Origin: Trichoplax adhaerens
Lineage: Eukaryota > Animalia > Placozoa
Length of the DNA: 64,000 nucleotides
Assembly: GCF_000150275.1 (NCBI RefSeq)
Contig: NW_002060947.1
Coordinates: forward strand, 7,053,880 to 7,117,879
Direction: 5' to 3'
Part shown: positions 57,559 to 64,000 of the stretch, one piece after another
Layout: the number at the start of each line of letters is the position of its first letter
How positions within the stretch are numbered: position 1 is the first letter of the stretch
Made by a program: the position numbers and the translations under genes
Notes under the pieces: generated by a model
The model's input: only the letters and a program-made list of their open reading frames with translations
Told to the model about the DNA's origin: nothing
Databases searched by the model: none

Positions 57559-60198
57559 ATGATTAAAATTATAGTACTAGTCTTGATCAGTGGTTTGACT
57601 TTAGTTACGGGTTTACAATCTACCAAGGCTTGTCCTTGCCAACCTGAATCCTTGTGTCGACCCGTTAATGTCGGTAACAGACCAGAAGTGATTGGATTTA
57701 CGGTCTATCAAAATGCTTGGCTACATTACAACTGGACTTATCTAACCACATTAGTATTGGATGAAGTGCAATTAAAGAATGTCGATCCACATTTGTTATG
57801 CTATGCTCATGCTAGAAATGTCCGATTATTAGCTCTGGTTCAATTCCCAGAAGCTGCCATTGAAAATGAAACACTACAACAATCTTGGACTGTGGAAACC
57901 ATACAAATGGTGAGATGAAGTTATTTTTATTATGCTAGGCGTTATTACAATTGTAAAATTAATTCTAGATCAGAAGTGACGATTAAAGTAACGCTATACA
58001 AGAATAGAAACTTGTAGAGAAATCAAACCGCAATCGTTCTATTCTTGCTAGTTTTACATCCCCCATATTTGGAAACGTAAATAGAGCATGACTAGAAGTT
58101 TAGCTGTGACTATTGACAATCCGTGTATATGAGAATAGACAAATCGCATTTCTGCGCGATTTTGATTTCCTACAGAGTTTTTTCAACAACAGTTGAGCTC
58201 GTTAATCTAATTTGATGAACCTTTAAAGTTAGTTGTTGACGATCACACATCAGCTGTTACTTCTGTATGGATTGATATAAAATTTCTAGCCAGGTAATTT
58301 AAAATGAAGTCACTTCAGACTGTCATTTAGACTTAAAAGCTAACGAAATTCTTGCTGTGCAGTATGTGTATACTTTCGGAAAACGTTGGAGTTACTATAA
58401 ACATGGCTGTAATACCATCAACATTCAATATTCGTTGTTAACCACCGTATCATGACACATATTTAAATAAAATTCGTAGCAAACTAATCTGAGAATAAGA
58501 TCATTTCAGATTATGATTTAATCTTACAAGGTAACAAAATCTCGCTGTACTGGATGTGTGCTTTTGTGAAACGTGAAAGTCATTACAGCTATCCAAATAA
58601 GTACTATACAATCCATGAATTATTGTTGGCAAGAATTTAACATGACTTATCGTTTAAAAGATACCATAAAAATAGCACTATTTGAGCTCGGTTATTGCTT
58701 TCGCTAATTTAATTACTACGACTATTATATAATTGAAGATTATAAAAATTATTGTAGATCAATAATTGAAATAGTAGAGTAACCATAGAGTTAACATTGC
58801 GTTTTAAAAATCTGCCATTTGGATATTAATAGGTTGCGGATAAACATTTAGATGGAATCAACATCGATACAGAAAAGTACTATCCAATCAATTCCTTAAA
58901 GGCAAAGAAACATGTCGACTTTATCAATCGAACCACAATTGCATTTCATGCCATCTTCCCTGGATCACTGGTAATCAAACTCTCTCTTAAATTATTTACA
59001 TTCAATGATGTCTTTTAGTCGAGTTACTGATTGTACAGCTTATGCCATGTTCGAAATTGGTTTGGTCAACCTTTATAAATTATTCTTGTATCTGCCCTAA
59101 CCTAGGTAACATACGATGCAGGCTATATCGACAATTGCGAACAAAACTCATGTTCTGACAGCATTACGATAGCATCAGTCGTCGATTTTATCATGACCAT
59201 GAATTACGACGAAAATGGTCGAAAATATGCATACTCCAATTCTCCGTATTATAATACTGTTAAAGGTAATTCGTCTCTTGAACTTTCTTGATAGATTTAT
59301 GTGTATATGCATACTTAGTCTTAAAAATGAATAGTTCTTAATCTAATTTAGTATACGTATATGTGTTATACTCGTATGATCACTGCTTTTAGTGGTTAAA
59401 AAATTAGTTATGTAAATAGCTTATTCTAATCTCAGAAATACACTGCAATATTTTAGTATTGTAGTACGTCCATCTAATAAGCGACGTACGGCTATCCTTT
59501 AAATCATGTTTGACTATCAAATACATGTGATCTACAGAACAGTACTTCACTCCTGGATATAGCTCACTAAAACTAAAAGTATATACAGTATATACTTTTA
59601 CACATTCATGCTGTATGATTACATTAATGCAACCGTGAATAATCGTTCTTATCATTCTTACTTACATTTTAAATCAGGTATTAAATCTTATTTAAATGCT
59701 GGCATAAATCCTCAAAAATTGGTCGTAATCCAACCTTGGTATGGTTATGACTACAAGTGTATAATTCCCCCTGGAGCAGATTACTGTATCATTAAGGAAG
59801 ACTCCGCACTTGCATCGACCAATAATGCTACTAAACCAAAGAGGAGAATATCAAAATTTCCTTTCATTATACCTAGTGATGATTGGAAAGTAGACCCAAA
59901 TCAAGCGTCCATTACCTACGGAGCTATTTGCAACCGTCTCCGTAACCATAACAACACTCGAAAGTGGAACCCTGTTACAAAGACTCCATATTTCAATTAC
60001 AAGCGAAATACTGGAGAAATTCATCAAGTGTGCTATGATGATGCCGAGAGTATGCGGCTAAAGAGCGATTATATATTTAGTATGAAAATACGCGGTATAG
60101 GGGTTTGGACCGTTGACTTTACGGACTATACCAATTTTCCAAAAGAGTCTGCCGCTTTATGGCAAAGCTTGACATTTGGGTTGGAAAAAATGCCCTAG
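57559..60198 (+). CDS. Di-N-acetylchitobiase-like paralog 3 (GH18)
   Basis: Exons 57559-57909, 58833-58970, 59106-59265, 59678-60198. Signal peptide, CPCQPESLCRP, catalytic LDGINIDTE intact, MNYDE, QPWYGYDYKC, GIGVW. Confidence 0.92.
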
Positions 60199-60564
60199 AG
60201 GATGAATTTCTAATCTACAGTGCAAAATGAATTATTCGTATATTTGTATATAGTAGCGACGCAATAATCTCATATCATAATACGATGATGGTTTCAGTTT
60301 TGAATAACCCTAATGCTGCAAGATGCCCTTATTAAACACAACAGTAAATTATGAAGTAATTTGTAATGAGTTTTCGTTTAAATTTATCCGTTATTTTAAC
60401 TCGTACTCCACTTTTCGATTCCAATTTGTGGAAAGCAGTTTAACTTACTCCAACAAATTAATTTTCGGATCTTTAGTAAACTTGATTTTTTGCTATAGTT
60501 ATACGAAACAAATGGGTTAATATGAGATACCGTTTTAATATTATCATTTGTTACGCAAGGTCAT

Positions 60565-60885
60565 TTTATTTGATTTCTTCACAAATAAGACGAACCATTC
60601 TTAGCATCCTTTAATCAAGTTTAATTAATACTACATGCAAGTAATACATTACTGTGAAATATCCTTTATTATTACTATTATGTAAGCGATATCACATTAC
60701 TTGATTTCTTCACAATAACACCAACATATTTTTGAATTCGAGTAATCATGTTTTATTCAATACTACGGGTTTACGAAAGCAAATGTATTTACTATGAAAT
60801 TTCCTTTAGTGCTGTATTATCATTATTTAATTTCTTCACAACAACGCAATCCGCTTTTGAAATCGGTTGATCATGTTTTATTTAT
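60565..60885. repeat. Degenerate ~130-bp tandem repeat, 3 copies
   Basis: ATTTCTTCACAA recurs at ~60573, ~60704 and ~60830; the last two copies also share TTTTGAA.TCG...ATCATGTTTTATT. Confidence 0.6.
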
Positions 60886-61938
60886 AATCGTGATCGAATT
60901 TGTGCACGAAAATGTGTTTACAAATGTATAGAACGCTATGAGTAGCGCAAATACTCATATACATTGATGATGCGATACGAAATTTACTCCAAATGACGGA
61001 AAACCATACAAAATTAATTTTACAATGTATTTTCCTGTCTTTAAAAACGTTGAGTACTATACGCATTAATTATACTATTAACGTAGAATCAGCATTCATC
61101 TACGGTTACAGTAATGAATTGCCTTCCATTTGTTATCGACATTACTCAACTGTTTCTTATCAAAACAGTCTTATATAGTTCATATATATATACGACGTAT
61201 ATACACATTTATGTATTTTTTAAATATTACAATTTTTTACGGCGATATAATCAAGCTTGCAATTAAAACTTAATAAAGGATAAAAAATATTTGTCAGCAG
61301 TGTTGTTTTAGTTACTAATATCATACTTTGCACTTATTATATGAGTTTTAAAGCCAACGGTAAGTATGCGGTCGATTCCGCTTTAACTAAACTCAGATTA
61401 ATGTAATCTCACTAAAAAAGTCAGGGATTCATACTGACGATAGTAATTTACACTTACGTTCACGTGTATAAAATTACTATTTAACCCCGCCACACACCCA
61501 GCATATTCATTTCGATTATTAAATCATTGATAAAAGTGATTTGATATTATGTACAAGGTGAATGCAATAAATGAAAAGTTTAAAATATGACATTACCACT
61601 TTTCATGTTAAACAAGCCAATTTTACATTTAAGTTGATGCAAAATTTCGTAATTGTTAATATCAAGAGCTGTGCAGCTGTGAACGCTAATACTGTATAAT
61701 ACACAACAAAGAAATTTTAACTGATCGATTAGCTGCATAGTTTTTATACGTAGAAATTCAGATATATAAACGATAGCACAATTATGAAGTTATTATCACA
61801 AAGTGATCTCACGCGTTCCGACATTTATATTCCCAAGTTTTGATAAATACTGTAAGTCTTTGACATTAAGAAGGAATCTAACAGTGAATCAGAATCTAGT
61901 ATTAGATTCAATACATAGAGTATCATGTTGCAACAGAA

Positions 61939-63873
61939 TCACTCAGTCACACCACTACGTAAATCATCCACTTTGTTATCAGGAGCACCACTAATGATAA
62001 CAGCAGTTTCACTTTCATTGATACCATCAGTACGTGCATTAGCTGAATCGCTACCAGTATTTTCAAGTAATCTGCTAGTTTCTGCTTCATTAAGTTCAGT
62101 CTCTTCAGCTAAGAGATTAACTTCCATTGGGTTTCGGCTCCGTTTAGCTCTGCCCAAAAGATTAAATTTGCCAACGCCTTTCATATGTTCAACGACATCC
62201 TGGTGAACATCGGAAACATCCCACATACTCATGAAGGATGTATATAACGAAGTATGAGGTGCCGCTCCGTCGATATAAGGTTTATGAGAAAAGACAAAGT
62301 AGTGTAATAGGGCAACTATAAACATTTCGATACATATAAGGAAGTTCTAAAAACAAATGGTCAATAGAATATTGTGATGATTTCATTCGAGAATAACATT
62401 GAATCATTCGATTAGCAACCTTCTATCTTAAATTGAGCCATAAGGTCTTATTAGAGCCCGTATATCTTACCTGTAAACCTTTGGCAACTAGCTCAGGGTC
62501 GTAAAAATTCCACTGCTTATTAGCCCTAATAACTCCGGTCTGCAAACAAAAATTGTTACGCGAGTGTTAATACTGGCGATGAAAAATACTCTTAAATATT
62601 TCGATCTAGAAGGTTCTTACGTCAACCAGTACTGAAATGAAGCAGTCTTGCCTAGACAAGGTAACAAAGTTATGTTTTGAAATTAAAAATAGCAATTTTG
62701 TAACTTCAGCCTGTAACACAGCACAGTTAACAGTTCCTGCTATTCTCATAACTAGAAACCGTGGCCAACTTACCAGAATGAAAAGAAAATTATAAATTTG
62801 ATTGCAGCAAATTTTCCAATGGGTTTAATTGGTTTTAATTCTTCTTTAAAGGCTTTGTAGAACAACGTTAGACAATACAAAGCGATCTGAAAAGAAAGAT
62901 TCAAAATAACATACAATTATTTCTTCTAATACGAATTATTGTAAATTGATATGATAGTAACTACTTGGCAAAGAAAGTACATACCAGTTGCGTAAAGTTA
63001 TCAATAATTATTATGTAAGGATATGGATAAGCAAAGTTAAATTCTCCTTCGTGATAAGCTCCAGCGAGATGACAACCTCTATTGGGTATAAGATTGCAAT
63101 AAGGAGTATTACACTAGATGTAAGGGTTAAAAATTTATTCGATAGATTTAAAAATTTGATCTATGCAGCAAACTTACAAAGCAATTAATGTTGTTAGAGG
63201 CATAATGACAACGTAAGTTAGTACTCCTTGTTTACACCTAATTAGGAAGGGCCTATAAACAGTACGATGAATCAAGAAATGTTATAATTTTGATAATCAA
63301 TCAACAGCTGTGCTGATTCACGCCATCTTATGGATGCTTACTAATGTAACTAATTAGTATCTACACTTTCGTATTACCTGCCGTTCTTCCATGCCTTAAG
63401 TTTACAAAATGGGAAAACATGAGTTATTTGGGGCTTCTCCTGTAGTCTTGCAACAATGTCATATTCCGTTTTCAGAAAGTTTAAGAGGTAAACCATGAAG
63501 TTGTATAACACGTACGCTTCATAGCAGCGTCTAACAGTATCAAAATAGAATCCAATTTTTGGAAAACGGAGTGCGATCCACTGTAATTAGAAGCAAATTA
63601 TTGATGAGTTTTAAGATTGAGGATAGTTTATATAAGCATTCTTTAAAACCTATTCAATGTAAGTTTATCATGATACAAGTATCTAGTAGTTTGATTTCAC
63701 ACCAAAAAAGATGTCGATACTGTAGGTTTAAAGACTATTAATATTTGAAATTCATCGTTTCAATATCATTACTAGTACTCGTATATTGAATCATGAATAC
63801 AGCAATTACATTCTCGACAAGATTAGATTAACTAACCGAATTTAAGGAATAAATTGGTACCATCCACAGAATC
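61939..63873 (-). CDS. TMEM184C: Transmembrane protein 184C-like (OST-alpha family), 5' end outside the window
   Basis: Exons: RILWMVPIYSLNS (63873-63837), WIALRFP....FDTVRRCYEAYVLYNFM, FLIRCKQGVL.YV, ALYCL..FY...KEELKPIKPIGKF..IK..IFFSFWQ, LQNFLICIEMF..A..H..VFSHKPY, MWDVSDV, stop at 61939. Confidence 0.92.
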
Positions 63874-64000
63874 CTGCAAAACATAGACAGAGTATAAATT
63901 ATATTAACGAATCAAGTTTTTATGAACAATTTAAATGCACATTTCCAAAAATTATAATTATTATTTCAAAAAATAGTCTAAATAGATCATGTAGTTAGAA

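Overview
AT-rich eukaryotic (animal) genomic DNA, compact and gene-dense with short introns. It is most consistent with an early-branching metazoan such as the placozoan Trichoplax; this is an inference from composition, gene compactness and vertebrate-like intron positions. Fourteen protein-coding genes were reconstructed by hand: ZDHHC2/15/20-like (+), MCTS1 (-), AKAP17A (+, intronless), PGRMC (-), OGT (-), a non-FICD Fic-domain protein (+, intronless), a bacterial-type Cdd1/helix-hairpin-helix protein (+, intronless), NUDC (-), a UPF0658-like multipass membrane protein (+, intronless), ARL6/BBS3 (-), three di-N-acetylchitobiase (CTBS, GH18) paralogs (+,-,+) and a 5'-truncated TMEM184C (-). 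There is one assembly gap (8553-8602), flanked by two versions of the same ~1.5 kb repeat-rich segment. Most notable observations: (1) a probably horizontally acquired, NLS-bearing Cdd1-family gene next to an atypical Fic gene; (2) an enlarged OGT intron 4, at the position of the vertebrate O-GlcNAc-sensing detained intron, containing candidate poison/decoy exons; (3) a U12-type intron in MCTS1; (4) TACTGTAC-rich arrays marking most housekeeping promoters in the first 42 kb, several of them bidirectional with an intronless partner; (5) diverged CTBS paralogs with cationic inserts. All family assignments come from recognition of motifs, not database searches.
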